Numbered from the stretch's first letter, positions 45,969 through 55,700 are shown. The stretch: DNA of 64,000 nt from Caldisericia bacterium (GCA_017992555.1 JAGOOK010000003.1:15776-79775), one strand, 5' to 3'. Numbers and translations: made by a program. The notes: a model not told the origin generated them from the sequence alone.

Positions 45969-47426
45969 ATGACAGAGAAAATCAGGGTCAGAATAGCCCC
46001 GTCACCAACCGGCAAATTACACATTGGCAACGCAAGAACAGGCCTTTTCAACTATCTTTTTGCAAGACACTATGGTGGAACATTCATCCTTAGGATAGAT
46101 GATACCGATACCGAACGCTCCACCCCAGAGGCCGAAAAAGCCATTTTTGATGGCCTCAAGTGGCTTGGAATCACATGGGACGAGGGTCCGGATATTGGCG
46201 GAAATTATGGCCCGTACAAACAGACTGAAAGATTCGATACATATAAGGAGGCACTGGACAGGCTCCTTGAAGATGGCCATGCTTACTATTGTTTTTGCTC
46301 ACCGGAAGAGATAGAGCAAAAACGTACTACAGCCGAGAAGGCACACGAGATATACAGATACGACAATACTTGCCGCACTGTTCCCCTTGATGAGGCAAGA
46401 AAAAGAATCGCCAATGGTGAAAGGGCCGTAATAAGGCTCCGCGTTCCAGAGGGCACCGAGGCCAATTTCCATGATCTCATTAGGGGCGACATCGAGGTTG
46501 ATTCCGAGACTTTCGATGATTTTGTCATTGCAAAGCCTGGCGGGGCACCACTTTACAATTTTGCAACGGTCATTGATGACCATCTGATGGACATAACCCA
46601 TATCCTAAGAGGGCAGGACCATCTCACAAATACATCAAAACAGATCCTTATTTACAGGGCTCTTGGTTGGGACGTCCCAAAGTTTGGACACTTCTCGCTT
46701 ATTTTGGACACCAACCGCAAAAAACTCTCGAAGAGAGCTGGAGCTGTATATATCGGCGATTTTCAGGAACAGGGTTATCTTCCACAGACAGTGGCGAACT
46801 TTATTGCTCTAATTGGCTGGTCACCAGGTGAAAACAAGGAAAAAATGACCATGGAAGAGATGATTGGAGCTTTCTCCATGGACCACGTTCAAAAAGCCGA
46901 TGCCGTCTTTGATCCTGAAAAGCTGAAATGGCTCAATGGTGTTTACATAAGGGAAATGTCGCTGGAAAATCTTGTCGAAGCGGTCAAGCCCCATCTTAGA
47001 AATGCTGGTTTTGAGGTCGACAATGTTGACCAGGAATGGCTCAAAAAAGTTGTCTTCCTTGAGCAGGAGAGGATGAGGCTGTTCTCCGAGGCCTCGGAGC
47101 TGTTTGACTTCTTCTTCAAGGACATTCCATACGACAAATCGCTGCTTTCTTCAAAAAAGCACTCCGATGACGAACTTGCAAGGGCGCTTGGGCAAACCAG
47201 GGAACAGCTCGAAGGAATATCAAGCTGGAACAAGGAAGAACTTGAGAATCTTTGCAGGTCGCTTGCATCCCAGATGGGCTGGCAGGGTGGCGACCTTTTC
47301 ATGCCGCTCAGGATTGCGGTCACAGGAAAGAAGGCAACACCGCCACTTTTTGAGACCATGGAAGTCCTTGGCAAAGAGCTTAGCTTAAAACGCATTGACA
47401 AAGCCATACAGTCGCTTAAAAAGTAA
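45969..47426 (+). CDS. gltX: Glutamate--tRNA ligase
   Basis: 485 aa with RIAPSPTGKLHIGNART (HIGH) and KLSKR (KMSKS). Confidence 0.95.
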   Translation: MTEKIRVRIAPSPTGKLHIGNARTGLFNYLFARHYGGTFILRIDDTDTERSTPEAEKAIFDGLKWLGITWDEGPDIGGNYGPYKQTERFDTYKEALDRLLEDGHAYYCFCSPEEIEQKRTTAEKAHEIYRYDNTCRTVPLDEARKRIANGERAVIRLRVPEGTEANFHDLIRGDIEVDSETFDDFVIAKPGGAPLYNFATVIDDHLMDITHILRGQDHLTNTSKQILIYRALGWDVPKFGHFSLILDTNRKKLSKRAGAVYIGDFQEQGYLPQTVANFIALIGWSPGENKEKMTMEEMIGAFSMDHVQKADAVFDPEKLKWLNGVYIREMSLENLVEAVKPHLRNAGFEVDNVDQEWLKKVVFLEQERMRLFSEASELFDFFFKDIPYDKSLLSSKKHSDDELARALGQTREQLEGISSWNKEELENLCRSLASQMGWQGGDLFMPLRIAVTGKKATPPLFETMEVLGKELSLKRIDKAIQSLKK

Positions 47427-47428
47427 GT

Positions 47429-47501
47429 GCGGCTGTAGCTCAACGGATAGAGCAACGGCCTACGGAGCCGTAGGTTGCAGGTTCAAGTCCTGTCAGCCGC
47501 G
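47429..47501 (+). tRNA. tRNA-Arg (anticodon ACG), CCA not encoded
   Basis: Acceptor GCGGCTG/CAGCCGC, anticodon stem ACGGC/GCCGT with loop CTACGGA, T-loop GGTTCAAGTCC. Begins 2 nt after the gltX stop. Confidence 0.92.
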
Positions 47502-47511
47502 CTTGTCATTT

Positions 47512-47970
47512 ATGACGACGCTGCCGCACCTTATACAACTTGCATTTGATCAGGCCCTTGTTGCTTTTGAAAAAGGCGAGGTGCCTGTTGGTGCAGTGGT
47601 GGCAAAAGGCAGTGAAGTTCTTGGCCTTGGCCACAACCTGACCCTCACGCTCAAAGACCCTACAGCCCATGCAGAAATAATGGCCATAAGAGACGCGACC
47701 TCAAAGCTTGGTGACTGGCGCTTGCCAGATTGTCAGATTTATGTAACCCTCGAACCTTGCACCATGTGCGTTGGGGCGATCCTCCTCTCAAGGATTGAAA
47801 CCATCAATTTTCTGGCCTATGATCCAAAGGATGGGGCTTGTGGAAGCACAAAAAATCTTGCCGTCCAGCCAATATTTGGCCACTGCGCAAAGGTCATAAA
47901 AATTGATGACGGCGGGCGTTCCTCGGATCTCATCAGGGAATTTTTCAGACTCAGGAGGGAAAACAAATGA
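47512..47970 (+). CDS. tadA: tRNA adenosine(34) deaminase
   Basis: Starts MTTLPHLIQLAFDQA. Deaminase zinc motifs HAEIMAI and LEPCTMCVGA. The ORF-track start at 47395 runs through the tRNA, so I trimmed it. Confidence 0.92.
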   Translation: MTTLPHLIQLAFDQALVAFEKGEVPVGAVVAKGSEVLGLGHNLTLTLKDPTAHAEIMAIRDATSKLGDWRLPDCQIYVTLEPCTMCVGAILLSRIETINFLAYDPKDGACGSTKNLAVQPIFGHCAKVIKIDDGGRSSDLIREFFRLRRENK

Positions 47971-48905
47971 ACCACACATTCATCAGTGATTTTCAAAAAG
48001 GCCAGGAGATTGATGATTACTATGCTGTCGCAAAAAAGCTCAAAAAATCCACAAAAGCTGGCAGTTTCTTTATTTCACTGATATTGTCAGATCGCACCGG
48101 AAGGGTTGATGCTATCGTATGGAACACCACGCTGGCAAAATTTGGTGAAGATTACAATGAAAACCAGGTTGTCAGGGTGTGTGGAAGGGTCGACGAATAC
48201 GACGGCAAAATCCAGATCGTTGTTGAAAAGATTGGCATAGGTGACCCCACAAAGTACGAGTCCTCATGGTTTCTTCCCCAATCACCTATCCCTGTTGAAG
48301 ACATAATGCGCCAGATAAATGCAATGGTGGCATCGGTTGGCGACGAAAAGCTGAAACAGATGGCCGTGTCATTTCTTGGTGATGAAAACCTTTCCCAAAG
48401 CTTCAGAGTGGCCCCGGGGGCTGTCTATCTACACCATGCCTACCTTGGGGGTCTTGCCGCCCACACGCTTGCTGTAATGAAGTTTTGCGACTCCCTGTGC
48501 CAGCTCTATCCGCTAAATCGCGATCTGCTCATTGTTGCTGCGCTATTTCACGATGTCGGCAAAATGGTCGAAAATACATGGGAACTCATCTTCAAAAGGA
48601 CAATCGAAGGCGAGCTTGTCGGCCACCTCATAATCAGCCGCGATATCCTCAGGGAATTCACAAAGTCTACAGGAATAGCACCTGAAGTCGCGCTCCATCT
48701 TGAACACTGCATTCTCTCGCACCATGGCCAGTATCTGTATGGTTCGCCAAAACTCCCGATGACGAGGGAGGCTTTTGCGTTACACGTTGCAGACCTTGCC
48801 GACTCAAGGTTCGAGGAGTTTGAAAGAGAGCTGAAAAACATTGCACAGGGCGAGTCCACCGAGCCAATAAGATATCTGGACAACATCAAGCTTTTCAACC
48901 TGTGA
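47967..48905 (+). CDS. OB-fold + HD-domain 3'-5' exoribonuclease, YhaM family
   Basis: N-terminal OB (FISLILSDRTGRVDAIVW...VCGRVDEYDGKIQI) and an HD domain (HHAYLGGLAAHTL...AALFHDVGK). Confidence 0.75.
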   Translation: MNHTFISDFQKGQEIDDYYAVAKKLKKSTKAGSFFISLILSDRTGRVDAIVWNTTLAKFGEDYNENQVVRVCGRVDEYDGKIQIVVEKIGIGDPTKYESSWFLPQSPIPVEDIMRQINAMVASVGDEKLKQMAVSFLGDENLSQSFRVAPGAVYLHHAYLGGLAAHTLAVMKFCDSLCQLYPLNRDLLIVAALFHDVGKMVENTWELIFKRTIEGELVGHLIISRDILREFTKSTGIAPEVALHLEHCILSHHGQYLYGSPKLPMTREAFALHVADLADSRFEEFERELKNIAQGESTEPIRYLDNIKLFNL

Positions 48906-49699
48906 TCCTCCAGAACCCCAGAAAATATGGTGTTCCGCCCTTCAGCATCGCTGTTGTCCATGGCGGTCCGGGGGCCTGCGGTGAGATGGCGCCTGTTGCA
49001 AGGGAGCTTTCGTCTCTTTTTGGTGTGATGGAGCCGCTCCAGACCGCAACAACCATAGATGGGCAGGTCAAGGAGCTTGAAGAGGCAATAAAAACCCATG
49101 GCAGTCCGCCGGTGGCGCTTATTGGTCACTCGTGGGGCGCATGGCTGGCCTTCATCTTTGCCGCAAAAAACCCTTTGCTGGTTGGGGAACTTGTCCTTGT
49201 GGGGAGCGGGCCGTTTGAGGAAAGATATGCTTCAAAAATAATGCCGGCGCGGCTTTCCAGGCTCCCAGAAAACGAGCGCAACGAGCTTGCCGGACTCTTG
49301 AAGAAGATGGAAAATCAGGGCGAAAAAGACAGCGATGCAATAATGGACAGGGTCGGCGACCTCATTTCAAAGTCAGACCACTTCGACCCATTGCCTTTGG
49401 AACCGGAGCCGGTGGAGTTCAAGCCGGAGGTCTATAAGGGCGTGTGGCCGGAGGCATCACGTCTCAGGCAAAGCGGGGAGTTGCTGGAAATGGGCAAAAA
49501 AATCGCCTGCCCGGTGGTGGCAATCCACGGCGACCACGACCCGCACCCGGCCGATGGCGTGAGGGTCCCGCTTGAAAAAACCCTAAAAAACTTCAAGTTT
49601 GTCCTGCTGGAAAAGTGCGGGCATGACCCGTGGCTGGAAAAGCACGCAAGGGAAAAGTTCTTTGAGGTGCTGAAAGGGGAGCTTGGCAGTAAAATCTAG
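48902..49699 (+). CDS. Alpha/beta-fold hydrolase
   Basis: Nucleophile elbow LIGHSWGAW. C-terminal AIHGDHDPHP and GHDPW (catalytic His region). Confidence 0.75.
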   Translation: MILQNPRKYGVPPFSIAVVHGGPGACGEMAPVARELSSLFGVMEPLQTATTIDGQVKELEEAIKTHGSPPVALIGHSWGAWLAFIFAAKNPLLVGELVLVGSGPFEERYASKIMPARLSRLPENERNELAGLLKKMENQGEKDSDAIMDRVGDLISKSDHFDPLPLEPEPVEFKPEVYKGVWPEASRLRQSGELLEMGKKIACPVVAIHGDHDPHPADGVRVPLEKTLKNFKFVLLEKCGHDPWLEKHAREKFFEVLKGELGSKI

Positions 49700-49772
49700 G
49701 CCAAGCAACAGGAGGCTGTGAAACCTCCACCTTGATTTTGAAACCCAGACATTTAGAATTTTCATGGTTTGT

Positions 49773-49865
49773 GGAGAGGTGGCTGAGCGGTTGAAAGCGC
49801 CTGACTCGAAATCAGGTAAGTGGGCAATCCCTGCTTCGGGGGTTCGAATCCCCCCCTCTCCGCCA
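49773..49865 (+). tRNA. tRNA-Ser (anticodon CGA), CCA encoded
   Basis: Acceptor GGAGAGG/CCTCTCC, anticodon stem CCTGA/TCAGG with loop CTCGAAA, long variable arm, T-loop GGTTCGAATCC, 3' GCCA. Confidence 0.92.
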
Positions 49866-49878
49866 GACAAGGAGGGGA

Positions 49879-50502
49879 ATGGAAATAAAGGAACTTTTAA
49901 CAATTATAATACCAATTGCCATGCTTGTTATTGACCTAATATTTCAATTTAATAATGGGAAAAAAATAGAAAAGTTAAAAAGTAAATTAGAATTAAATAA
50001 AGATTTGAAATTGCTCTTTTCAAAAGAAAAAATAGATACAAATAATCATTTGTTTCCAATCTTCAATAAAGCAAAGAATGATGTTTCACGTCAACTTGTT
50101 AATCGAAATGATTATGAGAAAAATACGGATGAATTACAAAAAATTATTGATACCAGAAACAACTTATCTGAAGAGCTAGTAAAAAAATCATTATTTCTTG
50201 ATAAGGATATGAGTGATTTGTATTCTGAATTCCTAAAAAACTATCGATTAATACAAGTTAATTATTCAAATTGGATTGAGGCCATGTATTGGTTTTCGCA
50301 CAATTCTAAAATGATTCATGTTGATACGTCGACGTCGTATCAACATGAATTGGGTAAATGGGCAGAGAAAGTAGAAGAATGCATATCAAAACATTCAGAA
50401 TACATTAATAAATTAGATGCAATTCTCGAAAAAATAAAAAAAGATTTTCATGACGAGTCCGTCCAAAATGATATTATTCAACCTAACAACACTAAACTCT
50501 AA
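49879..50502 (+). CDS. AT-rich orphan protein, N-terminal TM helix plus helical Lys/Glu/Asn-rich domain
   Basis: 207-aa ORF starting 13 nt after the tRNA. By hand count, 17 G+C in the first 60 nt, far below flanking genes. No recognisable motif. Confidence 0.5.
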   Translation: MEIKELLTIIIPIAMLVIDLIFQFNNGKKIEKLKSKLELNKDLKLLFSKEKIDTNNHLFPIFNKAKNDVSRQLVNRNDYEKNTDELQKIIDTRNNLSEELVKKSLFLDKDMSDLYSEFLKNYRLIQVNYSNWIEAMYWFSHNSKMIHVDTSTSYQHELGKWAEKVEECISKHSEYINKLDAILEKIKKDFHDESVQNDIIQPNNTKL

Positions 50503-51106
50503 CCTATCCGTTTCCGACCCCAACATCGGCCTGTTCTATTCCCTCGTGGGGACATGGAAAGAGGACGCAACGCTGTGCGGGAGCGAAACAGCCCTGAAGT
50601 CCGGAACGCCTGTTGATGACGCTTCGGCCATCAGCTCTGCGCGCGCATTGCCGGTTGACCGTTCAAAGGCCGTGCTTGCCGTCTGCGACAGCAGGGGCAG
50701 GGTCAAATGCTGGGCAAACCTCAAACTTTCCGGCTACTGGGGCGAGTTTGTCGCACTCTGCTCGAAGGCCACGCCAAGAGAGCACCTGGATTATCTGGGT
50801 TCTGTTGGTGTGAAGGTGATTGTCGAGGGCGAGGTCAGGGTCGACCTTGTGAAGGCGCTTGCCGCGCTGGAGCGGGACTTTGGCGCAAAGACCGTACGCG
50901 TCGACAGCGGCGGAACGCTCAATGGCGTGCTTTTGGGACTTGGCCTTGTTGACGAGGTGAGTTTGCTTGTTCAACCAGTCATTGCCGGTGGCGACGGCCC
51001 CTCGTTTGCGAAACTGCCAGCATCGGTCAATATTCCTCTGGAGCTGATTTCTTGCCAGATGCTCGAGGGTGGGTATGTCTGGCTGAGGTATAGGGTTTTG
51101 AAATAG
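50468..51106 (+). CDS. RibD C-terminal domain / dihydrofolate-reductase-like reductase
   Basis: Has VDSGGTLNGVLLGLGLVDEVSLLVQPVIAGG, typical of RibD_C. Start taken at MILFNL (the ORF track starts at 50450). Confidence 0.7.
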   Translation: MILFNLTTLNSNLSVSDPNIGLFYSLVGTWKEDATLCGSETALKSGTPVDDASAISSARALPVDRSKAVLAVCDSRGRVKCWANLKLSGYWGEFVALCSKATPREHLDYLGSVGVKVIVEGEVRVDLVKALAALERDFGAKTVRVDSGGTLNGVLLGLGLVDEVSLLVQPVIAGGDGPSFAKLPASVNIPLELISCQMLEGGYVWLRYRVLK

Positions 51107-51123
51107 TTTTCTGGGTGGTTTTG

Positions 51124-51257
51124 AAACCACCTCACCCCTACCCCTCTCCTGACAGGAGAGGGAAAAAATATCAGTAACTCCTTCTGTCAGGAGAGGGAAA
51201 AACATTGGTAATCTTTTCTGGAAGGAGAGAGAAACATGGTAGCAACTTTTCCTTGAA
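51124..51257 (+). repeat. Left copy of hairpin-containing direct repeat flanking the DUF559 gene
   Basis: 62-nt core AAACCACCTCACCCCTACCCCTCTCCTGACAGGAGAGGGAAAAAATATCAGTAACTCCTTCT, with a perfect CCCTCTCC/GGAGAGGG hairpin, followed by two further ~35-nt degenerate AGGAGAG(G/A)GAAA units. Confidence 0.8.
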
Positions 51258-51289
51258 GAAGAATAGGAATATCTTCTTGATGAGAGGTT

Positions 51290-51736
51290 TTGGAAGGGAG
51301 GGGTTGGATGGAGAAAAGGGATGAGGAAAATCCTTCTCCCGCCGGGAGAAGGACAAAGGATGAGGGGGTTTTGTCCTGGCCAGATTATGAAAAAAGACAG
51401 CAACTTCTTGAGCATGCTGCCAGAATGAGGAAATCCCAGACAGATGCAGAAGGTTTGCTTTGGGGAATCCTCAGGGGAAGAAGATTTTTGGGGCTCAAAT
51501 TCAGGAGACAGCACACAATAAACGGTTTCATTGTGGATTTTTATTGCAATGAGAAGCATTTAGCCATTGAGCTTGATGGTGGTGGTCATAATGATTCAGC
51601 GAAGGAAAGAAGTGATTCTTTAAGAACAGAAAGCTTGGGGAAAAACGGGATAAGAGTGGCAAGATTTTGGAACAACGACATTTTTAACAATATTGAGGCT
51701 GTTTTGGAAAAGCTTTTTGAAGAATTGAAGGATTAA
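51290..51736 (+). CDS. DUF559 (Vsr-like) endonuclease-domain protein
   Basis: Has MRKSQTDAEGLLWGILRGRRFLGLKFRRQHTINGFIVDFYCNEKHLAIELDGGGH...RVARFWNNDI, the DUF559 core. The N-terminal ~40 aa may not be translated. Confidence 0.8.
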   Translation: MEGRGWMEKRDEENPSPAGRRTKDEGVLSWPDYEKRQQLLEHAARMRKSQTDAEGLLWGILRGRRFLGLKFRRQHTINGFIVDFYCNEKHLAIELDGGGHNDSAKERSDSLRTESLGKNGIRVARFWNNDIFNNIEAVLEKLFEELKD

Positions 51737-51871
51737 AAACCACCTCACCCTGCCCCTCTCCTGATAGGAGAGGGAAAAAATATCAGTAACTCCTTCTCAA
51801 AGGAGAGGGAAAAAATAGTAGCAATTCCTCTTGGAAGGAGAGGGAAAAAATCAAAAATCTTGTCTCCTGAA
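51737..51871 (+). repeat. Right copy of hairpin-containing direct repeat flanking the DUF559 gene
   Basis: The 61-nt core differs from the left copy at about 4 positions and starts at the first base after the DUF559 stop codon. It is followed by two more AGGAGAGGGAAAAAAT units with ~35-nt period. Confidence 0.8.
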
Positions 51872-51937
51872 AGATTATTGTGTAAAACCATAGTTTTTCT
51901 CAAAAAAGGGCGGGTTTTAATAGAAAAGTGAAGGGTT

Positions 51938-52291
51938 TTGCGTAAAATTGCTTACATGTGGACAGACGAATTTCTAGGTGCGATGACGGTTTGTGACAAA
52001 GAGGGCAAAATAATTTACATGAACCAGAAGGCCATGAGGACTTTTGAGAAAGACGGCGGTGCCTCGCTTGCTGGCCAGAATGTCCTGGACTGCCACCCTG
52101 AACCGGCAAGGTCAAAGCTTGCCAAAATGATCGCCGAAGGCACAAAAAATGTTTACACAATCGAAAAGAACGGCACAAAAAAGATGATCTACCAGTCACC
52201 GTGGTATGAAAATGGTGTTTATATGGGTTTTGTCGAACTTTCGCTGGAGATTCCCTTTGAGATGCCGCATTTTGTGAGGGACAAGAAGTGA
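51938..52291 (+). CDS. Small stand-alone PAS-domain protein
   Basis: GAMTVCDKEGKIIYMNQKAMRTFEKDGG...GQNVLDCHPE resembles a PAS core. The likely start is the ATG at 51956. Confidence 0.55.
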   Translation: MRKIAYMWTDEFLGAMTVCDKEGKIIYMNQKAMRTFEKDGGASLAGQNVLDCHPEPARSKLAKMIAEGTKNVYTIEKNGTKKMIYQSPWYENGVYMGFVELSLEIPFEMPHFVRDKK

Positions 52292-52740
52292 CCGAATTTG
52301 AAAATGAAATATATGCAATGCCATGCTTTGCGACGCTTTCCGTGAATGATGTCGCCTCCTCAGTTGATTTTTATTGCGACAAGCTGGGATTTATGAAGAT
52401 ATTTTTCATGGAAGGGCCAAGCGGCGAAACTGCTCTGGCGCATCTTCGCTGGGCAATGTACGCCGATTTGCTGGTTGTGCCTGGCAAGCAGGAGGCTGCC
52501 GACCAGAAGGGTTTTGGCATCTCGCTAACTTTCGCTTGTGGCAGGGTCTCTGTTGATGAACTGGCCGAGAGACTGGCAAAGGCTGGTCTTGAGTTTTCAG
52601 GGCCAACCATCACCCCATGGAATGCCAAGGAGTTAAGAATCAAAGACCCAGACGGTTTTTTACTGGTTTTTACGGAACAGGCAGATTCCAGAAAAGATTT
52701 TGATGAAGTTATCGGGGACATAAAAAAGGCCCAGGGATAA
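52288..52740 (+). CDS. VOC (glyoxalase/bleomycin-resistance) family protein
   Basis: 150 aa with SVNDVASSVDFYCDKLGF...IKDPDGFLLVF, typical paired beta-alpha-beta-beta-beta modules. Confidence 0.7.
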   Translation: MTEFENEIYAMPCFATLSVNDVASSVDFYCDKLGFMKIFFMEGPSGETALAHLRWAMYADLLVVPGKQEAADQKGFGISLTFACGRVSVDELAERLAKAGLEFSGPTITPWNAKELRIKDPDGFLLVFTEQADSRKDFDEVIGDIKKAQG

Positions 52741-52743
52741 AAC

Positions 52744-55700
52744 TTATATTACATCGAAGGTGGATTTTTTTACTATCCCGCTCCTGATGTTCATTTTTAT
52801 GATCTCGGCTGTCCTCTTCAGTTTTGTCTTGAGGTTTGGTTTTTTTAGCTCATCACTCATCTGGACAGCAATTTCAAGGTATCTGGATGTTTCGGCCTGG
52901 TGGTGCTTTAAATTGTCCTGGTCATAATTGGTCATTATTGCATGGTAGATTGAGTAGGCCAGCGCAACATTGAACGACTGGCATCTTGCCCCTGATGAAA
53001 GTGAACCAAGGAAGGCCTGATCAAGTGCCTCTTTTGCCGTTTTGGCCATATCGCCCTGCCATTGCGGGGTTATTGAGATTATGCTGCTTTTTTTGGTTTT
53101 CTGGAGGTTTTCAAGAAGCAGATTGCAGGCGGCTTGCGCTGTCAACAACCCAAGTTCGCAAGAATAATACGGTGTCTGGACGACCTGTTTCATTTTTTCC
53201 GAGGCGGATTTTATAAGTGCCATGGCTTTTTTGTGTTCGTTCTGATGCTCGAGGAGTTTTATATTCAGGATGGCGAGCGCCATTTTTTGCTCAAAATCCA
53301 GACAGTGAGCTGAATTTAGGGCCTCATCCATCAAATCCTGGCATTTTTTTAGCTGTTCTTCTTCAAAAACAATCCGTGCTTCAAGCACGATTGATGGCCT
53401 TATTGGAAGTTCTGGCACCCTTTTTTCGATGTCTTTGGCTCTTTGCAGGTAGAATTTTGCGCCATCCTTGTCGTTATCTTCTATCTGGAATTGAGCCATT
53501 TTTACCAGGAACCGGCATGCTTGCATTTTTTGCCCGGTCAGAATTGAGATTTCGATTGCCCTTTCCATGAGTCTTCTGACAGAATCCAGATCACACTGGT
53601 TGTGTTTTATGAGCGCATCTATGCAAAGAGTTGTTGCCAAGAGCGGTTGCGAGTCCATTTTAAAAGAGATTTCCCTTGCCATCAGGTTGTCTTCTGAGGC
53701 TTGGGACATGCTTCCCCCAATAATCGCCAAGAGGGCTTTGAGATGGAAGAATCTTGCTTTCATTCTCACCCACGATGTGTCACTGATTTCGGCAGAGATT
53801 TTTTCGAGAATATCCAGAGAATCAGAAAAATAGCCTTGAAAATATTTTGCGTATGAAAGGTTTAATAATGCTTTAATTCTAAGACTGGCATTTTGCGATT
53901 TGATCGCCGAATCACTAGATTTTATAGCATGCAAGGCCATTTGACTGAAATCATAATCTTTCATGTTGACGGATTCTTGCAGGTGGAGTTTTATGAGTTT
54001 TTCGTCTTCATCATTCCTTCCAACCAGCCTGTATGCTTCCTGAGTCCTTTGTTGTGCTTCGAAGAATTTTGCCTGGCTTGCTTCCAAATCAGCAAGTGCC
54101 AATAAAATTTCAGACTCAGAATCCGTGTCAACTCCAGCTTTTTTGAGTGCGCTCAGCATTCCGGACAAAGTTTTTTCTGCTTCATCAAATTTACCCTGGA
54201 GCTTCATTATTTTTGCAAGCCTGAGCGAGGATACTGTTTCAAGCGAAGAATCAGAGGCTCTGATTGAAGCTTCAAGTGCTTTTTTTGCGTACTCAAGTGC
54301 CTGTCTGATTGCAAATTGCGATTCTGCCATAATGGATGCCGAAAGGAGAACGGGGATTGATTTGGCCGGGTTTGAACCATCCAGTAGATGTTCGATCAAT
54401 TCATCAGCACTTTCATTTTTATCGGTTTTTTGTTTTGCCTGTATATATTTTGCACATTTGTCATGGATTGAAATGAGTAATTTGGGATTCGTTTCTTCCA
54501 GAAGCTTTGTCCTGATCTGGTTTTCAATAAATTTATATTTATAGCTTCCAGCAATTTTAAATGTTGAGAGCATCATTGAACTAATGGCTTCGTCTAGCGT
54601 TTCTTCAATATCGCCCTCTTCAAAGGAGGTCACTGAGAATAACATTTGTTCGTCGAATGTTTCACCTATTACCGCAGCTTCGCAGAGTATTGCTTTTAAT
54701 TTCGAATCGAGATAGCCGATTCTCCATGAGGCCAATTCATTGCTGTTTGTGGGGAGCTCATCCGGGGATATTTTTTTTGTTTCGCCAGAGCTTGTGATAT
54801 AGCCCCTGCATGCCATGCCGGAGAGCATCTGGAGCAGATATGTGGCATTGCCTTTCGAGGCACCGACGAGTAAATCCGTAGTTTCTTTCGAAATGTTTTC
54901 CAAGCCAATGATTATATCGATAAGCTCTGCTGTTTCAGCGGGAGAAAATGGATTTAGCCGGATTGTTTGTGTGTATCCGGAAAATGAAATTTCTCCAATC
55001 AAATTTTGGGAGGTTGTTTTGGTGTTGGATGAGTTGGCTATGACCACAGTCATGTTTGGATTTTGTATTTCTTTTGCCGACTGGTTTATGATTTCCAGGC
55101 TATTTTGATCGCACCACTGGGCATCATCAATTTCAACAACAAATCTTCCTTTTTGGCTACATTCATTAAAAAGCCACGTTATTGCTTTTGGAATCGATAA
55201 GTTGAATGAGACAGGGTCTTTTTCCAGATCCGGGCTGTTTCCCACCATTAGCCTATCTGCAATATTTGGGCACAAGGTTGCAAAAATATTTTTATACGGT
55301 GATTTTCCAAAAGACCCAAACCCAAGCTCAAGGGCTGCCTCACATACTAATTGACCCAATATTCCAAAAGGTTTTTTGTGGTTGATTTTTTCGCAGGTGG
55401 CATAAAGGACTGGCATATCTTGTGACCTTGCAAGACTTGCTATCTCCTGCATTATCCTGGTCTTGCCAACGCCATGGCCGCCATCGATGATTAGTGTTTT
55501 AAGGCCAGCCTCTTCAGAGAGCACGGCTGATTTGATCAAGTCAAGTTCTTTGCTTCTTCCTACAAGGAGACCGCGATTGATTATCGAGCCTGAGTTACTA
55601 ATGATATTTTTGCCCAGACTCTGGTCTTTTTGTCCCTGCTCGAGCACCTTTAGTACATCTTTCATGCAGGATGGTCGTGATTTGGGGTTTTTCCTCAGGA

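Noticed and set aside
49583-49903. 106-aa minus-strand ORF.
   Set aside because: It overlaps tRNA-Ser(CGA) entirely; its GGIRTPE-type peptide is the usual translation artefact of a tRNA gene.
49840-51150. Shared CCCCTCTCC between the 3' end of tRNA-Ser(CGA) and the DUF559-flanking repeat, considered as a possible attL/attR pair delimiting an island.
   Set aside because: The match is only ~9 nt and is explained by the GGAGAGG acceptor stem common to both Ser tRNAs. There is no integrase, and the intervening RibD_C gene has host-like composition.
50663-51559. 298-aa minus-strand ORF spanning the RibD_C gene, the left repeat and the start of DUF559.
   Set aside because: It is antisense to two ORFs with clear family motifs. 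It reads through the low-complexity repeat (SPGGRR, PFQNLSSRR...) and has no motif of its own, so it is a shadow ORF.
51153-51871. Periodic ~35-nt AGGAGAGGGAAAAA units considered as a possible CRISPR array.
   Set aside because: There are only three degenerate units per side, with a 13-nt repeat core and unit-internal complementarity. There are no cas genes, and the two sets are direct copies of each other around a gene.
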